Shown here: in pieces, positions 10,748 through 20,142 of the stretch
Layout: every line of letters begins with the position of its first letter
How positions within the stretch are numbered: position 1 is the first letter of the stretch
IMG/VR virus record: IMGVR_UViG_2850761752_000005
DNA from: a virus
Lineage: Duplodnaviria; Heunggongvirae; Uroviricota; Caudoviricetes
DNA: 33,816 nucleotides
Direction: 5' to 3' (one strand)
The notes under the pieces: model-generated
Seen by the model: only the letters and a program-made list of their open reading frames with translations
What the model was told of the DNA's origin: nothing
Databases searched by the model: none
Made by a program: the position numbers and the translations under genes

Positions 10748-11127
10748 TTAGCCATTATCTCTGCATTTTCTTAAACGTTGGTTTGGGAGAATTATCTCTG
10801 GCTGGCACTGCATCGGGTGTCATTGGCCTGAATGGGTATGTAACGATTCCGTTAATTATTTCAGGTTCCCGGAGAACACTGATTATTCAGTGGGGGCAGG
10901 CGAGATTTGGTGGGTCTGGTGGTGAAGATGCAGGATATCTTAATGATTTTCCTTTTGCCTTTCCGTCAGCATGTTATGGGATGATAGTTAGTCATGTGGG
11001 GCATACACCTTCAGGCGCAGGAATCCTGTCGGCTTCTGCAATTACATCAAATCAGTTCCGCGGTTTTTCAAGCATAGCGACTGCTGCAAATGCTGTATTA
11101 GGTCGTTATATCGCTATAGGGGTTTAA
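10738..11127 (+). CDS. orphan tail-fibre C-terminal variable segment (Hv'-like), inverted relative to the late operon
   Basis: 129-aa Gly/Ser-rich ORF; frame is open from 10729 at the crossover site; immediately followed by a tail-fibre assembly gene. Confidence 0.5.
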   Translation: MMPVSHYLCIFLNVGLGELSLAGTASGVIGLNGYVTIPLIISGSRRTLIIQWGQARFGGSGGEDAGYLNDFPFAFPSACYGMIVSHVGHTPSGAGILSASAITSNQFRGFSSIATAANAVLGRYIAIGV

Positions 11128-11128
11128 T

Positions 11129-11566
11129 ATGTTTTATAGTCCATCTTTAAACATTTTTGTGAATCCTGCGCTTAAGGATGATTACATTAATGCAAATTCA
11201 TGGCCAGATGATGCTCTGGCTGTCAGTGATGATGTTTATAATGAATTTGCAATCAATACGCCCCCAGATGACAAAATTCGTGTTGCAGGAAAAAATGGAT
11301 TACCCACATGGGCACTAATACCTCCACCATCATATGAAGAACTTATTCAACAGGCAGAATCAGAAAGGCAATTATTGCTTAATCAGGCCAACGAATACAT
11401 GAACAGTAAACAATGGCCCGGTAAAGCCGCTATTGGTCGTCTGAAAGGTGAGGAACTGGCGCAATATAATTTGTGGCTGGATTATCTGGACGCACTGGAA
11501 CTGATTGATACCTCCAGTGCTCCAGATATTGAATGGCCTACGCCTCCGGCAGTTCAGGCCAGATGA
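11129..11566 (+). CDS. tail fibre assembly protein (Tfa/gpG-like)
   Basis: 145-aa ORF ending in the DIEWPTPP motif typical of Tfa proteins. Confidence 0.7.
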   Translation: MFYSPSLNIFVNPALKDDYINANSWPDDALAVSDDVYNEFAINTPPDDKIRVAGKNGLPTWALIPPPSYEELIQQAESERQLLLNQANEYMNSKQWPGKAAIGRLKGEELAQYNLWLDYLDALELIDTSSAPDIEWPTPPAVQAR

Positions 11567-11652
11567 CATCCGGCGCGGTGCTGGTATCTGTTGCCGCCAC
11601 CGCGTCAATGTAATCCAACACGGCGTTAAGTCGGGTGGGTAATGACTCCAAC

Positions 11653-12156
11653 TTACTGATAGTGTTTTATGTTCAGATAATGCCCGATGACCTTGTCATG
11701 CAGCTCCACCGATTTTGAGAACGACAGTGACTTCCGTCCCAGCCTTGCCAGATGTTGTCTCAGATTCAGATTATGTCGCTCAATGCGCTGAGTGTAACGC
11801 TTGCTGATAACGTGCAGCTTTCCCTTCAGGCGTGATTCATACAGCGGCCAGCCATCCGTCATCCATACCACGACCTCAAAGGCCGACAGCAGGCTCAGAA
11901 GACGCTCCAGTGTGGCCAGAGTGCGTTCACCGAAGACGTGCGCCACAACCGTCCTCCGTATCCTGTCATACGCGTAAAACAGCCAGCGCTGACGTGATTT
12001 AGCACCGACGTAGCCCCACTGTTCGTCCATTTCAGCGCAGACAATCACATCACTGCCCGGTTGTATGCGCGAGGTTACCGACTGCGGCCTGAGTTTTTTA
12101 AGTGACGTAAAACCGTGTTGAGGCCAACGCCCATAATGCGTGCACTGGCGCGACAT
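11653..12156 (-). CDS. insB: IS1 InsB
   Basis: 167-aa ORF matching recalled InsB; overlaps the insA 3' end. Confidence 0.95.
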   Translation of the reverse strand: MSRQCTHYGRWPQHGFTSLKKLRPQSVTSRIQPGSDVIVCAEMDEQWGYVGAKSRQRWLFYAYDRIRRTVVAHVFGERTLATLERLLSLLSAFEVVVWMTDGWPLYESRLKGKLHVISKRYTQRIERHNLNLRQHLARLGRKSLSFSKSVELHDKVIGHYLNIKHYQ

Positions 12157-12350
12157 CCGACGCCATTCATGGCCATATCAATGATTTTCTGGTGCGTACC
12201 GGGCTGAGAGGCGGTGTAAGTGAACTGTAGTTGCCATGTTTTACGGCAATGAGAGCAGAGATAGCGCTGATGTCCGGCAGTGCTTTTGCCGTTACGCACC
12301 ACGCCTTCAGTAGCGGAGCAGGAAGGACATCTGATGGAAATGGAAGCCAC
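12075..12350 (-). CDS. insA: IS1 InsA
   Basis: 91-aa ORF matching recalled InsA. Confidence 0.95.
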   Translation of the reverse strand: MASISIRCPSCSATEGVVRNGKSTAGHQRYLCSHCRKTWQLQFTYTASQPGTHQKIIDMAMNGVGCRASARIMGVGLNTVLRHLKNSGRSR

Positions 12351-12428
12351 GCAAGCACCTTAAAATCACCATCATACACTAAATCAGTAAGTTGGCAGCA
12401 TTACCACTCAATTGAAAACAAATAAAAA

Positions 12429-12872
12429 TCAAGTTAGGTTTTTAATGAACATTCTTTCAATTAACTCAATAGATTGGACATTAAAACCTAATAACTGCCT
12501 TTTCGCATAGATGGTATAAATACCTTTTCGACTGACGCGATCACTCAAGCCGTAATGGTGAATACGGGCAATGCGCTGCACCCTACCTTCAAACTGTACG
12601 CTGGCAGAATCGGCGCTGGCTGCAGTTTTCAGGTATTTTGTGGTGCGCAGCTTTGTAAACATCTGACGTTTGATGCACCCCTTTTTGCTGCGTGCTGTTA
12701 CCCTGCGCGGCTCATAACTGCTGCCATCAGGATTGCGCTGCATCCTGATGTTCTGCTGCTGTGTCCGGCGCAGTTCCTGCGCCAGCTGGCGCATCATGCG
12801 GCTTCTTGCGGCTGGCTCCAGATTCGCCAATAATGCACTCAGCCAGTCGTCCACCTTCTGCAATTCAGCCAC
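12429..12872 (-). CDS. S: tail completion protein gpS-like
   Basis: 147-aa ORF (P2 S is 150 aa); GTG start overlaps the R stop; last late gene before the IS1 junction. Confidence 0.7.
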   Translation of the reverse strand: MAELQKVDDWLSALLANLEPAARSRMMRQLAQELRRTQQQNIRMQRNPDGSSYEPRRVTARSKKGCIKRQMFTKLRTTKYLKTAASADSASVQFEGRVQRIARIHHYGLSDRVSRKGIYTIYAKRQLLGFNVQSIELIERMFIKNLT

Positions 12873-13296
12873 GTTTCACCGTCCACATTTCTTCAGGTTC
12901 ATCAGGTTCCGCTACCGCTTCAACGTTCGACACACTGCCGTCAGTGCTGACCAGCACACGCTCCGTCAGTTGCAGGTTAAGGCTGATATCACAGACATCG
13001 TTGCGCAGAATATCCACCTCAAAGGTGAATAGCTTTTCCCGTAACGCCGGGTTATTGATCGCATCGGGCTGGTTATCCCGCAGCCACAGCAAAACCGGGG
13101 CCATCAGCAGATTCTGGTCGCCGCTGAAATCTTCAATCACCACGTTCAGGGTGTAGCGGTACTCCCATGACATGGAGCTAGCCCCGGAGGCAACCAGCGA
13201 ACCGTTATCCACAAACAGATGCAGTTTGTCCGGGTTATTACGGACATAAGGCACTGCTTTATTGAGGGCGTGGCGCAGGGATTGTGGTTTGTTCAC
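12865..13296 (-). CDS. R: tail completion protein gpR-like
   Basis: GTG start at 13296 preceded by AGGAG; the ORF track alternative is a TTG at 13317. Confidence 0.7.
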   Translation of the reverse strand: MNKPQSLRHALNKAVPYVRNNPDKLHLFVDNGSLVASGASSMSWEYRYTLNVVIEDFSGDQNLLMAPVLLWLRDNQPDAINNPALREKLFTFEVDILRNDVCDISLNLQLTERVLVSTDGSVSNVEAVAEPDEPEEMWTVKRG

Positions 13297-13549
13297 TGTT
13301 TCGCTCCTGACACGCAATAATCATGTCCACTTTGTCTGCACAGACCGCCCAGGCGGCCTCCGTTTCATCCAGCAACGCATTCAGATCACCGTTAGTGCGC
13401 GGCGCTGCCTGCTCCAGCCGACACGGCGTCACTCGCGGACAACCACTGACGGTAAGCTGCACCTCCGGTGAGTGCCGGACGTTCCCGCAGCCGGATAATG
13501 TCAGCAGGCAAAGGAGTATCAGCCCAGCGACGTAAATCCTCGTTCTCAC
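13259..13549 (-). CDS. lysC: LysC/Rz1-like outer-membrane spanin lipoprotein
   Basis: 96-aa ORF embedded out of frame in lysB; signal peptide with lipobox LTLSGC; GTG start. Confidence 0.65.
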   Translation of the reverse strand: MRTRIYVAGLILLCLLTLSGCGNVRHSPEVQLTVSGCPRVTPCRLEQAAPRTNGDLNALLDETEAAWAVCADKVDMIIACQERNSEQTTIPAPRPQ

Positions 13550-13820
13550 GTTTCAGTTCCTCAATCCGGCGTTGTCGTTGTCTCAGCAGTACACTGGTCT
13601 GTTCTGCTTCGGCATAGAGCCGCGCCTGCTCCCGGTTATTGGTTTCAGTCAGAATGGACAGGCTGATAAGCTGGCTGTTGCTCTTTGCCAGTGCCTGGCT
13701 TTTGCTCTGCAGCTCGTCTGCCTGCGTGCTGATGGTCTGGCTGGCATCAGCCAGCCGCCACGTCTGCCAGCCCAGCGCCGCCAATAATAACGCCAGCACA
13801 ACCAGCAGCAACCGGTTCAT
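13392..13820 (-). CDS. lysB: LysB/Rz-like inner-membrane spanin
   Basis: 142-aa ORF with N-terminal TM segment and coiled-coil body; ATG overlaps the lysA stop. Confidence 0.75.
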   Translation of the reverse strand: MNRLLLVVLALLLAALGWQTWRLADASQTISTQADELQSKSQALAKSNSQLISLSILTETNNREQARLYAEAEQTSVLLRQRQRRIEELKRENEDLRRWADTPLPADIIRLRERPALTGGAAYRQWLSASDAVSAGAGSAAH

Positions 13821-14194
13821 GCGGCTACCTGTTGCGCCATCTGATTATGGGTGATCCAGAAGGCAATAACGGTCAGCAGATAAAAGACCAGGGTAATGGC
13901 CCACCCCGTCCAGGCGAGACTGACGACAATCAGCAATCGTATCACCCAGCTGATAAATACGTTTTCTTTTCGGGTAATTGTCTTCAGTAAAGATGCCCTC
14001 AACTCCTGCCAGAGCGGGCCATTCTTAATTAACGAAGCCAGTGCTACCGGAATTACCGCCCATGTCAGTAAACAGGCTACCCAAACGCCGGACGCTGCCA
14101 GTACCGGAAAAATCCCCTGCGGATACACCATTGCTGCGATTAACAGCGCCATCCATAACATCAGAAACAGCCCGCTGATTAATTTCTTTTTCAT
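13817..14194 (-). CDS. lysA: LysA-like lysis timing membrane protein
   Basis: 125 aa from ATG at 14194 (MKKK...), 1 nt after the K stop; several TM segments; the ORF track extends to a GTG at 14266. Confidence 0.65.
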   Translation of the reverse strand: MKKKLISGLFLMLWMALLIAAMVYPQGIFPVLAASGVWVACLLTWAVIPVALASLIKNGPLWQELRASLLKTITRKENVFISWVIRLLIVVSLAWTGWAITLVFYLLTVIAFWITHNQMAQQVAA

Positions 14195-14195
14195 T

Positions 14196-14708
14196 TCAGT
14201 TTGCTCCCTGTAAACACCAGGCCATCTCCCGCGCACGGCGGTTATCCAGCCCCTGATTAAAAACACCTTTCACATAAACCCAGCGCGGCAACTGTCGGCA
14301 CGCATCCGCCCAGCGCCGCTGATTGAGCAATTTCACCAGCGTGGAACTGCAGGCATTGCCCGTACCCACGTTGAAGGCAAACGACACCGCAGCGTCATAC
14401 ACCTTCTGCGGCGGCTGTTGCTTCACACACTTTTCCAGCGCCCGCTCCACACGCAGCACGTTGGAGATCAGCCCTTCTGCTGCCTGTCGCTCCGTAATGG
14501 TTTTGCCGGGAATGACGCCCGACGTATTACCAATACCGTCGGTCCAGACACCCGCGCTGCACTGATACGGCTGCAGACGACAACCTTCGTAATCGGCAAT
14601 CAGTTTCAGTCCCTCCACGGAGGTGTGAAGCTGCTGAAAACCCGGCAGCGTGGCAGCAATAGCCAGCACGGCCCCGACAAGGCAGCGTTTAACGATTGAT
14701 GGATTCAT
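14196..14708 (-). CDS. K: endolysin (gpK-like lysozyme) with N-terminal hydrophobic segment
   Basis: 170-aa ORF (P2 K is 165 aa); position between holin and lysA. Confidence 0.8.
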   Translation of the reverse strand: MNPSIVKRCLVGAVLAIAATLPGFQQLHTSVEGLKLIADYEGCRLQPYQCSAGVWTDGIGNTSGVIPGKTITERQAAEGLISNVLRVERALEKCVKQQPPQKVYDAAVSFAFNVGTGNACSSTLVKLLNQRRWADACRQLPRWVYVKGVFNQGLDNRRAREMAWCLQGAN

Positions 14709-14904
14709 AGTCCTCCCGCGAGATCTGCCCGTCGCGCAGAAGCTGGTAGGCTTTGTGTTTGTAGTACCAGTTGATAGCCAGCATCAGCACACCAATCATC
14801 AGGCCGCCCAGCGTTGAGGCATCCTTGATGGACAAATCGCCCAGCCAGGCCAGCACGACGGCGATGCAATACGTGATAAAGGCGCTGATTCGCTCAAGCG
14901 TCAT
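14689..14904 (-). CDS. Y: holin (gpY-like)
   Basis: 71-aa ORF with two hydrophobic segments and a charged C-terminus, directly upstream of the endolysin. Confidence 0.7.
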   Translation of the reverse strand: MTLERISAFITYCIAVVLAWLGDLSIKDASTLGGLMIGVLMLAINWYYKHKAYQLLRDGQISREDYESINR

Positions 14905-14907
14905 AAT

Positions 14908-15111
14908 TCAGTCCCATAGCTGGACGGTCTGCACGGTGGTGGTGGTCGGAATGTCCGGCAGCTCCACCTGCAGCCCGTGAGGTAAAAAGGGGCCGTATTC
15001 GGCAAGCCCCGGATTTGCCTTCAGTACCTGCTCCGTGACACCCTGCGTGCGCCCGTAATGACGCCAGCAAAGCGCGTCCACCGTGTCATACTGATGCGCA
15101 CGCACTTTCAT
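14908..15111 (-). CDS. X: tail protein gpX-like
   Basis: 67-aa ORF, same length as P2 X; ATG overlaps the L stop. Confidence 0.8.
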   Translation of the reverse strand: MKVRAHQYDTVDALCWRHYGRTQGVTEQVLKANPGLAEYGPFLPHGLQVELPDIPTTTTVQTVQLWD

Positions 15112-15638
15112 CAGATAAGCTCCACTGTGCAGTGCGGCGCGTCCTGCACCCGGCTGATGGCCCAGCGGGCGTCACGCCACAAATCACCGCTTGCTTCCGC
15201 CAGTTCTTCGCCCCGCTTCGCACCGGATGCCGTGGCGTCATAGTCCTGGAAACGTTCGTTGAGCATGGCGCGAGCCCAGCAGTAAACCGCGTTGAAATAG
15301 TGCTGAATGCGCTCACTTTTCCCGTCCAGCTGTTCCGCCGGAACCTCAGCCAGCGACGCATACCCCAGCATCTGCTGGCGTCTGCGAAACTCATACAGCT
15401 CTGCGTTAACCTCCGAAATTGCCGACAGTGCAACCTGCTTTAAACGCGGCTGCGTCACCGTGCCGTCAGTGCGCATGACACTGCGAAACTCCGACAGGTC
15501 CACATCAGGCCAGAACGGCGTATTTCTAATGATTTCCGCCTGTTCCGGTGCCTGTTCTGGCGCAACAAACTTCATGCTGCTTTCTCCTGAAATAAAGGGC
15601 GGTGGACGGGGTTTTGATGTGGCTGTGCCTTTCGCCAC
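15111..15638 (-). CDS. L: head completion protein gpL-like
   Basis: 175 aa from GTG at 15638 (P2 L is 169 aa); an internal ATG at 15575 with a strong AGGAGA site is an alternative start. Confidence 0.75.
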   Translation of the reverse strand: MAKGTATSKPRPPPFISGESSMKFVAPEQAPEQAEIIRNTPFWPDVDLSEFRSVMRTDGTVTQPRLKQVALSAISEVNAELYEFRRRQQMLGYASLAEVPAEQLDGKSERIQHYFNAVYCWARAMLNERFQDYDATASGAKRGEELAEASGDLWRDARWAISRVQDAPHCTVELI

Positions 15639-15670
15639 CCCGTGCCGCCCGTGCGCGGGGGCACGTTCTG

Positions 15671-16321
15671 TCAGCGGCTGTCATTGCGCAGTCTGCGCTC
15701 CAGCTGCTGTTTGTCTTTTTTCACGCCACAGCGGGGATCGAGCTGTAACGCATGGTTGAGATGATTAAGGGCGGAAGCCGGATTGCTTTCACTCAGGACC
15801 GCGCCAATCGCTTTATGCAGACGTGCCCGTGACTGGTCCGGCATATCCAGACCGTCTGTCAGCTCCAGCGTCTGCAGCAACAGATCGGCATCAAAGCCGG
15901 TGGCGGCAAGCATTGCGCTCTGCGCTGCATCTGCCATTTCCTCTGTCAGCACGGTCTGCACGTTGCGGTTGCCCAGCGGCATCACCCATCCATGACGCAG
16001 GGCATGACGCCCGATCTCCAGCGCCCCGGCATAATCTCCGGCATCAATGCGCCACAACATCACGTACATCAGCACGTCATCCTGTTGAGCGCCTCCGGCA
16101 GCCAGGACACCCTCCGCCCAGGCGGCGTACTTCGGCAGCAGCTCCACTTTGATTTCCGCTTTTTTGACCGTGGACTGAACGCCCTTGAGACGGCGGCGGT
16201 CTTCCGCCAGTTGCAGCAGCATCAGGTCATAGCCCGATGCGTGGCGAACACTGCCACCCTCACGGACGGCCTGTTCAGCCTGAACGCGCAGGCGATGCTG
16301 CCGTGCGGGACTCAGGCTCAT
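15671..16321 (-). CDS. M: terminase small (endonuclease) subunit gpM-like
   Basis: 216-aa ORF between N and L. Confidence 0.8.
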   Translation of the reverse strand: MSLSPARQHRLRVQAEQAVREGGSVRHASGYDLMLLQLAEDRRRLKGVQSTVKKAEIKVELLPKYAAWAEGVLAAGGAQQDDVLMYVMLWRIDAGDYAGALEIGRHALRHGWVMPLGNRNVQTVLTEEMADAAQSAMLAATGFDADLLLQTLELTDGLDMPDQSRARLHKAIGAVLSESNPASALNHLNHALQLDPRCGVKKDKQQLERRLRNDSR

Positions 16322-16324
16322 GGA

Positions 16325-17383
16325 TTACGCTCCGGTTTCGGCTGCGGCGGCGCTGAAATCACTAATCTGGATGTTTTCCACCAGTGCGGCGCAGCGGTAG
16401 TCCTCAACCACATAGGCTTCGTTAACGGATTCAAAGTTTTCAATCCGGTCACGTTTCGGGTTGTCGATAACTGAACGGCGGCGGGTGTCTTCCTGCCAGT
16501 AGATGGACAGGTTATCCAGACGGGTGATCAGCAGCGCATTCGGCGGGAAGAACGGCGCACGCACGGCCTGCAGGCCACCCATGCGTTTCTGACTGATGAT
16601 CATATCGGCAGCCAGTTTTTCACTGTTTTCCTGCTCTTTGTTGACCAGCGGGAAATACTTGTCAGACAGCAGTTCACGACCGCAAATCACCACCAGATCG
16701 TCATCGTCCTGGTAGACCACGTCGATAAGCTCATTGACGGCATCCATCACCACGGCGTCCAGGTTGGCATATTCGCCACCTTTCCCGACTTTCACTGCGC
16801 CCGGTGTGGTTTCACCGCCCGTGGTGGTGCTGCCCATGACGTGATCCGGTGCATCCTCACGGATTTTCTGCAGCCAGCCTTTATTCACATCCTGCAGCAG
16901 CGGGTTTTCGCTACGGTTGGAGGTTTTCGCACGCTTCACGCCATTAAAGCCGATCATGATGCGGTCCAGTGCCTGACGTTTCACGATGGCGTCACGGATA
17001 CGCACCTGAAAATCCTGAAACTTCGCCCACAGGTCCAGCTTCGCGTAGGTCAGCACCGTGTCAAAGTTGGTCTGCTCGCATTTATATTCCACATCGACCA
17101 TCAGCGTCGGATCGACAGGTTCACGCTCTTTCGCAGTGGTATCAGTGGTTCCGGCAATGGTGCTGCCAACTCCCAACCCCAGCAGCTGACCGGACTGCTC
17201 AGTCACTGGCGTGACGTTAATCAGAGTCAGGAAAGCGGCGGACTGCTGGATCTGGTCTTCCAGCGTCTGCTGCACGGACGGCTCTACGGTGAACTTGCTG
17301 GACAGTTCTTCAACTGCCACACCGTTCAGACGCGCCAGTTGCTGCAGGTAAGCGTTAAAAGCAAAGCGGGTATTCTTCTTCAT
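16325..17383 (-). CDS. N: major capsid protein gpN-like
   Basis: 352-aa ORF (P2 N is 357 aa). Confidence 0.85.
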   Translation of the reverse strand: MKKNTRFAFNAYLQQLARLNGVAVEELSSKFTVEPSVQQTLEDQIQQSAAFLTLINVTPVTEQSGQLLGLGVGSTIAGTTDTTAKEREPVDPTLMVDVEYKCEQTNFDTVLTYAKLDLWAKFQDFQVRIRDAIVKRQALDRIMIGFNGVKRAKTSNRSENPLLQDVNKGWLQKIREDAPDHVMGSTTTGGETTPGAVKVGKGGEYANLDAVVMDAVNELIDVVYQDDDDLVVICGRELLSDKYFPLVNKEQENSEKLAADMIISQKRMGGLQAVRAPFFPPNALLITRLDNLSIYWQEDTRRRSVIDNPKRDRIENFESVNEAYVVEDYRCAALVENIQISDFSAAAAETGA

Positions 17384-17399
17384 CAGGTTTTGTGCTCCA

Positions 17400-18233
17400 T
17401 CAGCAATTGGTCAGAGTGTCAGCGGGGGCGTTACCGCCTGTTGCACGCTGGCGGTAGTCCTGGCGGCTGTCTTCATGACTCAGCTTGTCCACCAGTTCGT
17501 TAAAGGCGGTTTGCTGTGCCTGCAGGGCAGTCTCCAGCTCAGACAGGCGTTCTTCCTGCTCAGACAGGGATTTTTCGGTGCGTGCGCTCAGGTTCTGCTG
17601 CTCAGTGGCGACCAGCTCCACGGCCTTATGCACATCAGAGAACCGGGCGTCATCGGACTGCTCTTTTTTGGTAAACAGCGCCGTGACGCGGGCAAACAGG
17701 GACGGTTTGTCGTCCTGGACTTCTTCCAGTTCGATCACCGTTTCCTCTGCGGCGGTAAAGAGATTGGCGGGATTCTGCTTGCGGTTTGCCAGCGGGTTAT
17801 GGGCTGCACTGGCGCTGAATGTCAGCATTTCAGTGCCCAGACTGGCAGGGTCATCAGTGGCAGCCAGGCCGACTAGGTAGGCTTTGCCCGTATCAGCGAA
17901 CTTCGGGCTGACTTCCATAAAGGTGAATAATTTCTGGCCTTTTTTCACCAGTTCCACCAGGGACTCCGTTGGCTCAACGTCAGCATACAGCGCCATCTTG
18001 CCTGCCAGCGGACCTTCCGTGATTTCTTCAGCAAACAGCGCCGTCACCTTGCCGTAGCGGTTAAAGGTGCTGTCCGGCAGATAAGACTTGATGTGCTCAA
18101 GGTTAATCAGCGCGGTATACACCGCCGGGTTATAGCTGGCTGCCATCTGTTCCAGCCATTCACGCTGGATTTCGCGTCCGTCGGTGGTGGCACCTTCCAC
18201 CCCGATGCGAAAACGCTTTGCTTTCACTGTCAT
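17400..18233 (-). CDS. O: capsid scaffold protein gpO-like
   Basis: 277-aa acidic, coiled-coil-rich ORF; first gene of the O operon, divergent from P. Confidence 0.85.
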   Translation of the reverse strand: MTVKAKRFRIGVEGATTDGREIQREWLEQMAASYNPAVYTALINLEHIKSYLPDSTFNRYGKVTALFAEEITEGPLAGKMALYADVEPTESLVELVKKGQKLFTFMEVSPKFADTGKAYLVGLAATDDPASLGTEMLTFSASAAHNPLANRKQNPANLFTAAEETVIELEEVQDDKPSLFARVTALFTKKEQSDDARFSDVHKAVELVATEQQNLSARTEKSLSEQEERLSELETALQAQQTAFNELVDKLSHEDSRQDYRQRATGGNAPADTLTNC

Positions 18234-18311
18234 GAGCCGTGCTCCGTTAGAAAAAACTTACTGGAGCCTTATGGTTGCGGTGATAGGGGCAGTGAAACAA
18301 TGCGCGGTATT

Positions 18312-18329
18312 TGTACCGACAACCACACA
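18312..18329. promoter_or_regulatory. Candidate Ogr-dependent late promoter element (TGT-N12-ACA) in the P/O divergent region
   Basis: TGTACCGACAACCACACA; centre is about 87 nt upstream of the O ATG and 56 nt upstream of the P ATG. Confidence 0.4.
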
Positions 18330-18375
18330 AACCGCAGGCGGGGAAAGCCTTCATTCAAGGCTGTAGGTTTGTGCC

Positions 18376-20142
18376 ATGAACACCACACTGACACCCGCAG
18401 ATCTCGATCCCCGTCGGCAGGCCATGCTGCTGTACTTTCAGGGATACCGCGTAGCCCGCATTGCTGAAATGCTGGGCGAGAAAGTTGCAACCGTTCACAG
18501 CTGGAAAAAACGCGACAAGTGGGGTGACTATGGGCCTCTGGATCAGATGCAGCTCACCACCGCCGCACGCTACTGCCAGCTCATCATGAAGGAGCACAAA
18601 GAAGGGAAAGATTTCAAAGAGATTGACCTGCTGGCGCGCCAGTCTGAGCGCCACGCGCGGATCGGCAAGTTTAACAATGGCGGCAACGAAGCCGACTTAA
18701 ACCCTAACGTCGCCAACCGCAACAAAGGCCCACGCCGTCAGCCTGAAAAGAATGTTTTCACCGATGACCAGATTGAGAAGCTGGAAAAAATTTTCCATTC
18801 CTCCATGTTCAACTACCAGCGCCACTGGTGGGAAGCCGGAAAAACCAACCGCATCCGCAACCTGCTGAAGTCACGCCAGATCGGCGCGACCTTCTATTTT
18901 GCCCGTGAAGCCCTGATTGACGCCCTGCTTACCGGACGTAACCAGATTTTCCTTTCTGCCAGTAAGGCACAGGCCCACGTCTTCAAACAGTACATCATCG
19001 ACTTTGCCAAAGAAGTGGAGGTGGAGCTGAAAGGCGATCCGATGGTGCTTCCCAACGGGGCCACACTGTATTTCCTCGGCACCAATGCCCGCACTGCCCA
19101 GAGTTATCACGGTAACCTGTATCTGGATGAATATTTCTGGATACCGAAATTTCAGGAGCTACGCAAAGTGGCTTCCGGTATGGCTATTCACAAGAAATGG
19201 CGGCAGACCTATTTTTCCACACCATCCAGTCTGACCCACAGTGCTTATCCGTTCTGGTCCGGTGCGCTGTTCAACCGTGGGCGCAACAAAGCTGACAAGG
19301 TGGACATCGACCTGTCCCACAGCAATCTGGCCCCCGGCCGGCTGTGCGCAGACGGGCAATACCGCCAGATAGTCACCGTGGAAGATGCGGTGCGCGGCGC
19401 CTGTAACCTGTTCGACCTTGACCAGTTGCGCATGGAGTACAGCCCTGACGAATACCAGAACCTGCTGATGTGCGAGTTCGTGGACGATCTCGCGTCCGTG
19501 TTCCCGCTCAGCGAATTGCAGGCGTGCATGGTGGACAGCTGGGAAGTCTGGACCGACTTTCATGCACTGGCCCTGCGCCCGTTTGGCTGGCGCGAAGTGT
19601 GGATCGGTTATGACCCGGCAAAAGGTACGCAGAACGGCGACAGCGCCGGATGCGTGGTGGTGGCACCGCCAGCCGTGCCAGGCGGTAAGTTCCGCATTCT
19701 TGAGCGTCACCAGTGGCGCGGAATGGACTTTCGCGCCCAGGCTGACGCCATCAAAAAACTGACTGAACAGTACAACGTGACCTATATCGGCATCGACTCA
19801 ACCGGCGTTGGTCACGGGGTTTACGAGAACGTGAAAGCGTTTTTTCCTGCCGTCCGGGAGTTTGTCTACAACCCCAACGTTAAAAACGCCCTGGTACTCA
19901 AGGCCTACGACATTATCAGCCACCGCCGTCTTGAGTTTGACGCCGGGCACACCGACATTGCGCAGTCATTCATGGCAATCCGTCGCGCCACCACCGCCAG
20001 CGGCAACCGCCCGACCTATGAAGCCAGCCGCAGCGAAGAAGCCAGCCATGCCGATCTGGCCTGGGCAACAATGCACGCACTGTTTAACGAACCGCTGCAG
20101 GGCGAGTCCGCCAATACCAGCAATATTGTGGAGATTTTTTGA
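18376..20142 (+). CDS. P: terminase large (ATPase) subunit gpP-like
   Basis: 588-aa ORF (P2 P is 590 aa); stop overlaps the Q start (ATGA). Confidence 0.9.
   Translation: MNTTLTPADLDPRRQAMLLYFQGYRVARIAEMLGEKVATVHSWKKRDKWGDYGPLDQMQLTTAARYCQLIMKEHKEGKDFKEIDLLARQSERHARIGKFNNGGNEADLNPNVANRNKGPRRQPEKNVFTDDQIEKLEKIFHSSMFNYQRHWWEAGKTNRIRNLLKSRQIGATFYFAREALIDALLTGRNQIFLSASKAQAHVFKQYIIDFAKEVEVELKGDPMVLPNGATLYFLGTNARTAQSYHGNLYLDEYFWIPKFQELRKVASGMAIHKKWRQTYFSTPSSLTHSAYPFWSGALFNRGRNKADKVDIDLSHSNLAPGRLCADGQYRQIVTVEDAVRGACNLFDLDQLRMEYSPDEYQNLLMCEFVDDLASVFPLSELQACMVDSWEVWTDFHALALRPFGWREVWIGYDPAKGTQNGDSAGCVVVAPPAVPGGKFRILERHQWRGMDFRAQADAIKKLTEQYNVTYIGIDSTGVGHGVYENVKAFFPAVREFVYNPNVKNALVLKAYDIISHRRLEFDAGHTDIAQSFMAIRRATTASGNRPTYEASRSEEASHADLAWATMHALFNEPLQGESANTSNIVEIF

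Larger units (their letters stand above)
11638..12405 (-). mobile_element. IS1 (768 bp, copy 1)
   Basis: Terminal inverted repeats GGTAATGACTCCAACTTA... and ...TAAGTTGGCAGCATTACC; contains insA and insB. Flanks AGTCGGGTG and ACTCAATTG differ, so there is no 9-bp target duplication. Confidence 0.95.

Noticed and set aside
11372-11608. 78-aa minus-strand ORF between the tail-fibre assembly gene and IS1
   Set aside because: Almost entirely antisense to the Tfa gene and Arg-rich with low complexity; not a plausible remnant of the deleted half-segment.
12406-12520. AT-rich 3' end of gene S next to IS1 as a possible foreign fragment or deletion endpoint inside S
   Set aside because: The S ORF has near-native length (147 versus 150 aa) and a conserved-looking C-terminus, so an intact S followed by a short intergenic remnant is the simpler reading. 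Alignment would settle it.
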